Assembly (NCBI GenBank): GCA_040387855.1
Contig: JAZKCY010000001.1
Span: 782,922-846,921 of the forward strand
Length of the DNA stretch: 64,000 nucleotides
Source: Patescibacteria group bacterium
GTDB lineage: Bacteria; Patescibacteriota; Minisyncoccia; Phycocordibacterales; JAKAEA01
Reading direction: 5' to 3'
Both the position numbers and the translations under genes were made by a program. How positions within the stretch are numbered: position 1 is the first letter of the stretch; each line of letters opens with the position of its first letter. Below are positions 52,760 to 63,457 of this stretch, in pieces. Below the pieces are notes generated by a model. That model saw nothing but the letters and a program-made list of their open reading frames with translations. It searched no databases and had not been told where the DNA came from.

Positions 52760-54670
52760 TTAATATCCGTCAAATTCTCGCATTTGTTTAAGTAGATCAG
52801 ATTCAGTATCTCTTATTGTTCCAGAGCAATTAAATCCATCTGTGAGACTACTTGAGAAAAATCCTGCCATACTTCCTTCGAGATCATTCTTAGTATAAGA
52901 ATTTTTTGTGGCATTATACCAATCTAGAGGATTAATCGTTTTTTTAGGAACACCTTTAGGACTTTTTGCCGCAGTTTCAGCTTGTTTTTGTTTCTGAGCA
53001 CTTGCAGAGGCACTCATTTCATTACGCATCTTACTTAATTGTGTCCCTGAAGTACCATTGGATTTAGCAAATGCATCAAATTCATTTTCTGAAAGTGCAC
53101 CATTACTATTCTGGTCAAACTTCTTCATATCATCCCAAAGCTTATCTGTATTTACTCCACCTTTATCGTAGTGCTTTTTCTTCATAGCATATTCAAGCAA
53201 AATCTTGTAGTACTCAGGAAGACCATCTGGGAACACAGGATTGTTTGGATCAATAACATGCACCAATGTTTCTTTTCCAGCCTCTTTTTCAGTATCATTT
53301 TTATTGTAAGCTACAAGTGTCTTCACCTTTTGCGGACCAGCTTTTGTAAATGTACAAATTGGAGAGGTTAAAACTCGTCTTTCTGTTGTTACAGTTACAA
53401 AGTCTGCCTTATTCGAGTTTGGACATAGTGCAGAATAAGTTAATGGAACAGGACCACCGATACTAGTAGCTGATTGGTTTACATCGATGGCTCGAACCTC
53501 GGCTTCTATAGAAAGGCACAGACTTGGCTCAGACGATTTAATTATATAGAGCGGCATTGGAGTTGGAAAATGTATAGTGAATGCATCATCTCTATCAAAA
53601 ATATAAAATTTAACCTTTCCACTTTTCGTATTTTGACTACTTGGATTTGTAGTTGCATTAAATTCAAGAGTGAAATCTTGGGGTAATACAGAATTATCAG
53701 CTGTAAATGTTACGGGAATAGTGCATTTTGAATCAGGAGTGCATGTATTACCTCCAGGATATGTAACTGTTACTCCCTTTGGTGGAGTAGTAAGTGCCGA
53801 TACATTAACGCTAATAGGACTTGGCTTACCTTCAAGAAGTTCTATTATTATAGTATCCGTAAATGCTTGTCCTCGAACAAGACCAATGACTTGGGCTGGA
53901 ATATACATTTCATAATCAAACTCTTCATCAATAACATTTAATGTTGTGAGGACATAGGTAAATCCACCAAAAATTAAGTCTAAGAAATCTTCAATTTTTT
54001 CAATAATATATTCAAATAATGATTGAGATTCTGCTGGAGGTGTTGTATCACCTTCAGTATATCCAACAATAGCAATATCATCGCGATTATTTGATTCTTG
54101 TTGTCCAACAGGCTGTGAACCTTCAGACGTTATAGAACTATTCACTCGTGATGGAGATGGATTTGATGTTGGTGTTGTATTCCCTGACGTTGGTATATGC
54201 TTAGGTGCAGTTGTTTGCTGTTGTTGTGAAGACTGTGTAGGTGATGGTTCCCGAATTGTTTGAGGTGCAGTATAGGTAGGATTAGGTGTAGAAGTTACAG
54301 GAAAATTGCTTATGTTCTGGGCAGGCACTTCAGATTGTGATTCTGAATCTGGATTAGTGTCTATAGGTGAAGTGTCAGAACCTGATGAATCAGAATCAAT
54401 AGGATTATTATTTTCTGATTCACTTTCGGATGGTTCTTGTTGTTCAGATGGACTATCAGACCCATTTGATTCTTCTATTACTGATTGTGAATCACTGACT
54501 GAAGGCTCATATGATGTACCACTTCCACTACCCAAGGCTAAATATCCTGTTGCACTATTTTTTTGTGTTGAAGCACTAGTGTCAAGATTAATAATACTAT
54601 TGGAAACAATGCTTAATACAATAGCTGAAGCTAAAATTCCACCAACTATTATTTTAGAACGAAAGTCCAT
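52760..54670 (-). CDS. Membrane-anchored extracellular protein with Ser/Pro/Thr linker, Ig-like region and EF-hand loop
   Basis: N-terminal TM; DQNSNGALSENE EF-hand; Cys pairs. Confidence 0.75.
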   Translation of the reverse strand: MDFRSKIIVGGILASAIVLSIVSNSIINLDTSASTQKNSATGYLALGSGSGTSYEPSVSDSQSVIEESNGSDSPSEQQEPSESESENNNPIDSDSSGSDTSPIDTNPDSESQSEVPAQNISNFPVTSTPNPTYTAPQTIREPSPTQSSQQQQTTAPKHIPTSGNTTPTSNPSPSRVNSSITSEGSQPVGQQESNNRDDIAIVGYTEGDTTPPAESQSLFEYIIEKIEDFLDLIFGGFTYVLTTLNVIDEEFDYEMYIPAQVIGLVRGQAFTDTIIIELLEGKPSPISVNVSALTTPPKGVTVTYPGGNTCTPDSKCTIPVTFTADNSVLPQDFTLEFNATTNPSSQNTKSGKVKFYIFDRDDAFTIHFPTPMPLYIIKSSEPSLCLSIEAEVRAIDVNQSATSIGGPVPLTYSALCPNSNKADFVTVTTERRVLTSPICTFTKAGPQKVKTLVAYNKNDTEKEAGKETLVHVIDPNNPVFPDGLPEYYKILLEYAMKKKHYDKGGVNTDKLWDDMKKFDQNSNGALSENEFDAFAKSNGTSGTQLSKMRNEMSASASAQKQKQAETAAKSPKGVPKKTINPLDWYNATKNSYTKNDLEGSMAGFFSSSLTDGFNCSGTIRDTESDLLKQMREFDGY

Positions 54671-54745
54671 ATAGTTTTACATTAAGATACTATTAGTATT
54701 GAAGCAAATCCCTTTTTTGTGATGGTTCATAAAGGTTATCTGCAC

Positions 54746-57700
54746 TTAGTAAGATCCACTTCCGCTTCCGCTTCCGCTTCCGTTACCACTACCAGAACTA
54801 TCGTCAGTAGTATCATCTGAACCACTACCACTACCAGAATTATCGTCGGTAGTATCATCTGAATCAGAACCCGAACCACTTCCGCTTCCCGTTTCTGGTT
54901 CTGGTTGATTGTATGTTGGACTTTGATATATAGGTGAAGTGGGATTACTTTGATTAGAAGGATTTGTAGGAGTTGTAGGAGTTGTAGGAGTTGTAGGAGT
55001 TGTAGGAGTTGTAGGAGTTGTAGGCACTGTCTGAGTTTTCAATGGTGTAATATTAGACGTTGAATTTAGTGATTTGTTAGGAGATATTGGAGTAGTAGGT
55101 GTCTCTAGTGGAGTAATTTCAGTAGGTTTTTGAGGCACGTCAGATATTGAGGCTTTTACTAATGGAATTGATTGTTTATAGACTCCTCCAGTATAAGTCT
55201 CTACTATCTGAATTCTCTTAGAAGGATTTGCATAACCAGGAGAAGTAATATTACTTATAAGAACTTGAAGCGTCCCAGGTACATTCGTTATAAATGGGCC
55301 TATGGTAGTTTTTTCACCAACTACTGTGTAGCTTTTCTGAGCGTTATTAGTTGGAACATAACTTATTGTAAATGCACCTTTGGTAAGAATCTGTCCAGTA
55401 TCTTTATCTGTTAAAATAATTTCAAGAAATGCCGGTTTTACGACTTGATTTATTGTTGGAATTTTCTGGGTAATCAAAGGAACCTTTGGAGCATCTATAG
55501 TAGTAACATTAGGATCAATTGGATATGACACTGGAAAATCTAAAGGTGTTGTAGGAGGTGGTGTTGGATTATCAGATCCCCCAAAAAGGTCATCAATCCA
55601 ATCAAGGATCTTTTCTATAATTTTAATAATGAAATCGATAAGCCCTCCTGATTCAGAAGTTGAATCCATACCATCACGCGTGAGTTGTATAGTAAGAAAA
55701 TTTGCCCCTCGAATAAGTGATGTCTCTTTCGAACCAAAATCATAAGAAATCTTTGACGCATTAACGACTACAGTACTTTTTGTTTTGAGAACTACTGCAT
55801 TTTTGTTAAACAATGCATTTCCAGAAGCATCAGTACTTAAAGTCGTCATAACTGAAGGAGTACTCTTTTGTCGAACATCAACATACGCACTTTCTAACTT
55901 TTCTCCCTTAGTGTTTGTTACGGTGACTTGCAATGTCGTACATACGTCGGCTCGTTGATTTATACGATCTTTAAGACTTGAAAGTTGAGCAAGACTTTTA
56001 TCATCAGTATATCCAAATGGACTGTGGGCTCGGACTAATTCTGGAGTACCGTTTACTTCACCTCCTGTCCAATCGATATAATTTGAATTGTTGGTAATTG
56101 AATCTTCGGCAGCAATAATTTGTTGAGCATCACCACTAAAGAGCGCACTAAAAGCCCGGATTATAGGATCATTAATCGCTCCCCCCTTTAAAGCGCTCCA
56201 TAGAGGTGGATCAACGGGAATAAGTTCAACACACTTATCGTTAAGCTCTTTTACAATGTTATGTGAAATCACTGCCCCAAGTGAAGTGGATACCACAAGT
56301 ACTTTATGATTCTTTGCTCGAGATGCTTGTATGACAGCCTTGATTTCTTGTATCTTAGCAGCTGATACGGTGCCTCTTCCATTCTCCAATGGAATGTATT
56401 TAGTATAAGCAGGATCATTGGCAAAGGTTTTATCTACCCATGCTTTATACTGATCTTTATCATCTCCAGCACTACTCCATCCTCCAACAAAAATTATATC
56501 TACTGGACAATCATTGCAAATAGAAGAAACTAATTGCGCAGCGGTACCTGGGACACCTTTTTCTCCCAGTGTACCCTTTTCACCCATTGCACCTTCTAAT
56601 TTATTTAGAGGTACCTCAGTTGCAGGAGTAGGATCATAGCTACCAGTACCTAAGTTAGAAGGTAGTTCTGGCTGATGTACAGGTGGTGGTACGTATGGCT
56701 TGTATTCTGGAATATCAGATGAAGGTGTAAAAAATGATTCTATTACATCTAATATTTGTTTAAAAATAGAAACAAACTTATTTAAAATAGATATAAACAA
56801 ACGTGGTTCGGGACAATCCAATTCATTTTTATCTTGTTCAAAAGTTACGCAAATATCAGCATGAAATTCATCACTTGATGGTAATACTTTTATTCTAATG
56901 TTGTTTGCTTTATCAATGAAACTATTGTTACTGTCCAAAACTTTAAGTAACACCGCATCAGGATTAGCGCCATTTTCTTGTTTTGCAAACGACTTCTTTG
57001 TTTCAGCATCAAAACCAAATCCTGAATAATCAGTTGAAACCCAAACATTATATTTAAAATGGGAGCCACCAGTTTCCATTGGAAATTCCAATACTTTAGA
57101 CTGATCTACTACAGGAAAACCATTGTTACTCTGACTTCGTAGTTCGACAAAAAGATGAGTATCATTATCCCCCACAATATCAAGGCCAACCTTATCTGAA
57201 TTATCTGCTTGAAAGGTCATACTTGCTATGGAATATGTACCTGTTTTTTTTACTGTTTCAACTTTTGTAGGGCCTGGATTATCTATCTTAAATTTTTTAC
57301 TTAAAATATCACTAATTTTTAACTTATGAATAAGTGACAATTTCCCATCTTCTATACCCATTATTGTGGAACCATAATTTTGCCCATTACAACTTGTAAC
57401 TGGATATACAATGTCTTCCGTACCACAATCAACACTCCCAAAATGGCCCAATCCCAATACATGATAAGCTTCATGCATATAGGTTTCAAATGAACTGATA
57501 CTGCTACCCGAGACATATACCTCATTTTCATTGATCAGTTCTGGCTGATTTATGAATGCACAACCACTTATCTCACACAATATTCCATATTGCTTTGCTG
57601 GTGGAGATACAAAAAACACAATGTCATAATCACTGGAGTTTAATAGTGGGTCATATTTGTAAACACCTTTATAAGCATCACTCATCCATCTTTTAATGGT

Positions 57701-58054
57701 TGAATAATCTATAGTTTTATCTTCTAAAATACTCCCCGTATCAGTTGCTGGTATCTTTTTATTCTTAACCTGGATCGGTTCAGTAAATGAATTCGAATTT
57801 ATAAAGAACTCCAACTTACTTACAGTATTCGTTATACTCGCAGCATCTGTATCTGATAACTTTATATCCGAAAAAGACATCGGTATTGTTAAGGTTTTTA
57901 ACTGAGGAGAATCTTTATTTGGAACGCCGCTTACTCCCGCTATACCTGCAATATTATTCTCTCTATGCTGAAGCAAACTATTAACTTCAAAAGTAGAAAA
58001 AAAACTTACTATAAAAACTATAGCTGCTGTTGCGAGTATTTGATAATCTTTCAC
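54746..58054 (-). CDS. Large secreted multidomain protein: metzincin-type Zn protease + alpha/beta-hydrolase-like domain + low-complexity tail
   Basis: HEAYHVLGLGH, TIMG Met-turn, VVSTSLGA elbow, PTT and GS/D repeats. Confidence 0.8.
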   Translation of the reverse strand: MKDYQILATAAIVFIVSFFSTFEVNSLLQHRENNIAGIAGVSGVPNKDSPQLKTLTIPMSFSDIKLSDTDAASITNTVSKLEFFINSNSFTEPIQVKNKKIPATDTGSILEDKTIDYSTIKRWMSDAYKGVYKYDPLLNSSDYDIVFFVSPPAKQYGILCEISGCAFINQPELINENEVYVSGSSISSFETYMHEAYHVLGLGHFGSVDCGTEDIVYPVTSCNGQNYGSTIMGIEDGKLSLIHKLKISDILSKKFKIDNPGPTKVETVKKTGTYSIASMTFQADNSDKVGLDIVGDNDTHLFVELRSQSNNGFPVVDQSKVLEFPMETGGSHFKYNVWVSTDYSGFGFDAETKKSFAKQENGANPDAVLLKVLDSNNSFIDKANNIRIKVLPSSDEFHADICVTFEQDKNELDCPEPRLFISILNKFVSIFKQILDVIESFFTPSSDIPEYKPYVPPPVHQPELPSNLGTGSYDPTPATEVPLNKLEGAMGEKGTLGEKGVPGTAAQLVSSICNDCPVDIIFVGGWSSAGDDKDQYKAWVDKTFANDPAYTKYIPLENGRGTVSAAKIQEIKAVIQASRAKNHKVLVVSTSLGAVISHNIVKELNDKCVELIPVDPPLWSALKGGAINDPIIRAFSALFSGDAQQIIAAEDSITNNSNYIDWTGGEVNGTPELVRAHSPFGYTDDKSLAQLSSLKDRINQRADVCTTLQVTVTNTKGEKLESAYVDVRQKSTPSVMTTLSTDASGNALFNKNAVVLKTKSTVVVNASKISYDFGSKETSLIRGANFLTIQLTRDGMDSTSESGGLIDFIIKIIEKILDWIDDLFGGSDNPTPPPTTPLDFPVSYPIDPNVTTIDAPKVPLITQKIPTINQVVKPAFLEIILTDKDTGQILTKGAFTISYVPTNNAQKSYTVVGEKTTIGPFITNVPGTLQVLISNITSPGYANPSKRIQIVETYTGGVYKQSIPLVKASISDVPQKPTEITPLETPTTPISPNKSLNSTSNITPLKTQTVPTTPTTPTTPTTPTTPTTPTNPSNQSNPTSPIYQSPTYNQPEPETGSGSGSGSDSDDTTDDNSGSGSGSDDTTDDSSGSGNGSGSGSGSGSY
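54964..55024. repeat. Perfect 9-bp tandem repeat (ttgtaggag, 6 copies plus a partial) encoding (PTT)n
   Basis: Read directly. Confidence 0.92.
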
Positions 58055-58122
58055 ACTCTCTATAATATCACGGCTCTACTATATACTTTTTTTTGTTTTC
58101 CCCATAAAAAATATGAGCAACA

Positions 58123-58150
58123 CAAAAGCCACTCTTTCGAGTGGCCTTTG
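58123..58150 (-). terminator. Intrinsic terminator ending the 16S transcript
   Basis: GCCACTC-GAAA-GAGTGGC-TTTTG on the minus strand. Confidence 0.85.
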
Positions 58151-58307
58151 CGACGTATCATTCTTTATTTTGTTCCGTTCAGTTGTGTTCTTTCACACCG
58201 TCTGATGCTTTAGGAAATCATCGTTCCATTGCGAACCCTTAAGGAGCCCACAATATCGACTCAATAAGCTAACATACTTCCGAAGAAGGGATGTCAACGT
58301 TGTATCA

Positions 58308-59833
<1,526 letters not shown>

Positions 59834-60094
59834 AGATTATACTCATAAGTTCTCTACTGACCGAAGTCTGTAGAGAAATGTTTGGAGTCGAACGGAACAA
59901 AATAAAGAATAATATACTCTCGCATTTATACGCTCGTCAATCTTAACTCAGTAATGTGCCTCTCGCATTGCTATTTGAGAGGCTTCTGGAATTATTTATA
60001 AAAGAATTTTCTTGGAACTTGCTGTTCTCAAGTATTCATATTTCAAAGTACCTGCCCCGCTTGAAACATTGCTATTTCTAGTGAGGTAAGTACC

Positions 60095-60122
60095 AGTATA
60101 CGGATATATAAAAGGAAGTCAA
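60095..60122 (-). promoter_or_regulatory. Likely rRNA promoter
   Basis: TTGACT-16-TATACT upstream of the structured 16S leader. Confidence 0.7.
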
Positions 60123-60174
60123 GACGAAATTATAATTATGCCTTTAAACCCAAAATATGGCTCTAAATATGAGC

Positions 60175-60810
60175 CTATTTTACAAAGATACTGGAACCGA
60201 CTACAGATTCAAACAACTTCTCCATATTTTCTATATCTTTAGAGTGCTGAGCATCCACTTTTTTGATTTGTGAGACCTTATCTGTATAAAGTGCCTCCCC
60301 ATTAGTACTATGAAGAAATAAGCTTATTTCATAACATTTTGCATCTTTTAACACTGCATACTCAGTAGTTTTATAGGCATTACCAGCCCCAGCATCTTCA
60401 AAGATACTTTTAGTAAAAGCTGTGCCATTTAGAACTACGTCTGTTGTTGATACAGCTCGGTTTTCAGGATTGCTTGGAATAGCAGTACATTTGTCATGAA
60501 AGACCACATCTATTCGAGCCTCTTTAATTAAGTGAGTTTCAAAGTATGGTTTTGTTTCAGGAATGTTGAGACTGAAAACTTCTTCCCCATCTTCGGGTAT
60601 AAAGTCAGTAGGTGCCTTAAATGTAATAGTCCCCTCACCGGCTTGAAATGTTTTCCAGCTATCTGTATTGAGTATCGTACTTTGGAGTGAATTTCCATCA
60701 GGACTATTCGATCCTCTTGTGAAAACGACAAAACCAACAGCTACAATAATAACTACAATTAAAGTTATGAGTATCCTTATATTCTTCTTATCCTTATTCC
60801 TCTTCTTCAT
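60175..60810 (-). CDS. Membrane-anchored hypothetical protein
   Basis: Basic N-terminus plus TM, AGAGNAY motif, Cys pair. Confidence 0.75.
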   Translation of the reverse strand: MKKRNKDKKNIRILITLIVVIIVAVGFVVFTRGSNSPDGNSLQSTILNTDSWKTFQAGEGTITFKAPTDFIPEDGEEVFSLNIPETKPYFETHLIKEARIDVVFHDKCTAIPSNPENRAVSTTDVVLNGTAFTKSIFEDAGAGNAYKTTEYAVLKDAKCYEISLFLHSTNGEALYTDKVSQIKKVDAQHSKDIENMEKLFESVVGSSIFVK

Positions 60811-60828
60811 ACCTAAATTGTACTCTTT

Positions 60829-61974
60829 TTATCGAGTTTTAATAGGAGTTGGAGTTTTTGAAGGAGTAGCTGGTGCAGACACACTTGGTCCTAGCAAGCC
60901 ACCAAATGCCTCTTCAATAATAGTTTCAAGCTCTACTGCATCTTTTGGAGCCTCTACAGTTACTGGCTTATTGTAATCCTTAATAACCATTTCTCCCTGC
61001 ATAGTTATAGTTGTCTTTGTTTCAATATCATCAACAACAGCGGGATTTAATACTACTTTATAAATATTAAAATCACTTTTTCCAATCCACACTTCTACTA
61101 CAGGATTTTGCTTATCTGTTCCTCGCACAATATACTCTTCCATTTTCTTTTGCACTTCAGCATCTTTTTCTGCCTTTGCTAAAATTTTGAAAAGCATATC
61201 AGTATTTACTCGAATTTTGTAGTGATACGAATTCACTCCATTTATTTTTTCATCTCCCATGTTTTCAATAGATTCGATATATTCAAATTTATTGAGTTCA
61301 TCTTTTACTTCTTGAGGAATATCATTTGTTGTTACTGTTGATGTGGCCTCTTCTGTAATAATCCACTTTCCTTTAAATCCAGAAACCATACCTTCCACAA
61401 ATCCAATGATTCCTGCTGTTAATGGATCAGGAGTTACTGGAGTATATGAAACAGAAAAATCATTAAGCTTGATATAAATCTGATCATCTATCCCTCGAGC
61501 TGAAAGATCAATCTTTCCTGATATGTCACCTTTTTCTGTTTTTGCACTAATATCACCTCCCATAGTTAAATCTACTTTTGGACTGTCGGGATTTGTTACA
61601 TCAGATGAACCTTCCATTTTTAGGGTGAATTCGGCACTCTCAGCTGCAATTATATTATTTGCAGTATCCTTCTCTGCTTGGACATTAAATTTTGCATTTG
61701 CAGAAAAATAAGCAGATTTTGTTGTCTGTGCTTTTTCGTATGCTTTCAATAACACCTGCTTTGGCTCAAGCTTTTGTTCTGCAAATTTATATGCAGCTGC
61801 AGCAACTCCAGCAACGAGAAGTAAGAGCACAATTATTGCAATCCATTTTGATGCTGGAGATTTTGGTGATGGTGCTGAATCGTATGATTGTACTGGAGGA
61901 GTATTTTGTACTGGAGTTGAATTTGATTCAACTGCTGGAGTTTGTGGCACAGGTGTAGGTTGAGTAGGTTCCAT
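60829..61974 (-). CDS. Membrane-anchored protein, possible LppX/LprAFG-like fold
   Basis: Pro-rich N-terminus, TM, EKINGVNSYHY, VWIGKSD, DYNKPVTVEAP. Confidence 0.7.
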   Translation of the reverse strand: MEPTQPTPVPQTPAVESNSTPVQNTPPVQSYDSAPSPKSPASKWIAIIVLLLLVAGVAAAAYKFAEQKLEPKQVLLKAYEKAQTTKSAYFSANAKFNVQAEKDTANNIIAAESAEFTLKMEGSSDVTNPDSPKVDLTMGGDISAKTEKGDISGKIDLSARGIDDQIYIKLNDFSVSYTPVTPDPLTAGIIGFVEGMVSGFKGKWIITEEATSTVTTNDIPQEVKDELNKFEYIESIENMGDEKINGVNSYHYKIRVNTDMLFKILAKAEKDAEVQKKMEEYIVRGTDKQNPVVEVWIGKSDFNIYKVVLNPAVVDDIETKTTITMQGEMVIKDYNKPVTVEAPKDAVELETIIEEAFGGLLGPSVSAPATPSKTPTPIKTR

Positions 61975-62062
61975 AAAAATATATAATAATATGCTCATCA
62001 TTATACTATGTAAATAAAAAATCGTCTTGCACAAGGCGTGCAAGACGTTATCCCAAAGAACA

Positions 62063-62308
62063 TCAGTCGATTCTCTCGTCACCCTCTTTCCGACCACGGG
62101 CATCTACCGTACGAGGTACCAGTACCGTCGCACGAGCCCTCCGATGCGGATGAAGATGCATCGTGGCAGGCACAGGCTGATCATGCATCGAAGCCGCAGA
62201 CAGCGCTCCATTGAGCCCACAAGCCGGACCTTCTTCACGCGTAGCCCCGCGATAACGAGGTTGCCGACCATGAGACCCACCAAACATGTCAATTCTATCT
62301 TGCCGCAT
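62063..62308 (-). CDS. Small GC-rich orphan protein
   Basis: GGAGG 6 nt before ATG; perfect hairpin cgtcttgcac-aaggc-gtgcaagacg at ~62022-62047. Confidence 0.45.
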   Translation of the reverse strand: MRQDRIDMFGGSHGRQPRYRGATREEGPACGLNGALSAASMHDQPVPATMHLHPHRRARATVLVPRTVDARGRKEGDERID

Positions 62309-62341
62309 AACAGACCTCCGTGCGAGTAAGAACTGTAAACG

Positions 62342-62375
62342 AAAAACGAGCCCCGATTCATCGAGGGCTCGCTTT
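62342..62375 (-). terminator. Intrinsic terminator
   Basis: GCGAGCCC...GGGCTCGTTTTT on the minus strand. Confidence 0.75.
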
Positions 62376-62541
62376 TGGCTATATTGAGAGAATGAATTCT
62401 TCTATCTAGACACAAGCGAAACCTCGACCGTTGTTGTAATGGTCTTAATGAGGGTCTGAAGGTTTCGCTTAATGAAATTCATGATTATTTTACGATACTA
62501 AATTCTTTTTGATGAGTCAATTATCTTTTTCCACACGGACA

Positions 62542-63456
62542 TTATTTCTTTGCCTTTCGATTCTGAAGTTTTTCAAGAGTAACGAGTAATGGTGATGCTA
62601 CGAAGATAGAAGAATATGTTCCGGCAACTACTCCCATGAGCAACACGAATGCGAAGTCTTTTGTTGTAGATCCTCCAACATAGTAGAGCACCACAAGCAC
62701 GAGAAAAATAGTAAGTGAAGTATTGATAGAACGGCCAAAAGTTTCTGATACACTCTTACCTACTGTAATATCAAAGCTTTCTTTTCTATTTGCTTCTTTG
62801 TTATCTCGAAGATGTTCTCGAATTCGATCGAATACCACAATAGTATCGTGAACAGAATATCCAAGAACCGCGAGCAATGCCGATACGAAGAGCACGTCGA
62901 TTTCCCCGCCTGTGTAATGAGAATAAATCACAAAAATTCCAGTTGGAATAATCACATCGTGAATGAGTGAGATAATTGTTGCAAAACCGAACTTCCAACT
63001 TGCTACAGGTTCTGATACTTTTCGGAATGCATAGGTAATAAACAACACGATACATAGAATCACAACTGCAATAGCTGCAAATGCTTTGTTTTTGAGTTCA
63101 TTTCCTACCACTGGGCCAATTGAGTCATATCGCTCTACGGTGGTTGATGCAGTATTGTTTAACGAAAGTGTTGAAAGTAATGCCTGCTTTTCTGTATCAT
63201 TCAACTCTTTAGTTTTAACGACATATGAAGTATCGCCTGTTGGTTGCAGAATGAAGTTACCGAGATTCAGTTTCTCTACATTACTATTGAGCGCTGACTG
63301 TTCAGGTCGGCCGTTTGAGTATGAAACCTCGGTGATTGTTCCTCCCTTAAAGTCAATACCGATATTAAATCCATACTGGTACATTGCCCATGCAGATACC
63401 AAAAGAAGTATAGCTGAGAGCGCGAAGAATATTTTTCTGTAGGTTACAACAAACAT
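62542..63456 (-). CDS. secF: Protein translocase subunit SecF
   Basis: GIDFKGG, IGPVVG, HDVII, GYSVHDTIVVFDRIRE. Confidence 0.97.
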   Translation of the reverse strand: MFVVTYRKIFFALSAILLLVSAWAMYQYGFNIGIDFKGGTITEVSYSNGRPEQSALNSNVEKLNLGNFILQPTGDTSYVVKTKELNDTEKQALLSTLSLNNTASTTVERYDSIGPVVGNELKNKAFAAIAVVILCIVLFITYAFRKVSEPVASWKFGFATIISLIHDVIIPTGIFVIYSHYTGGEIDVLFVSALLAVLGYSVHDTIVVFDRIREHLRDNKEANRKESFDITVGKSVSETFGRSINTSLTIFLVLVVLYYVGGSTTKDFAFVLLMGVVAGTYSSIFVASPLLVTLEKLQNRKAKK

Positions 63457-63457
63457 A

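Noticed and set aside
62027-62415. Alternative ORFs 62027-62329(+) and 62104-62415(-)
   Set aside because: They run through terminator hairpins and lack start signals; 62063-62308 has the better SD and terminator context.
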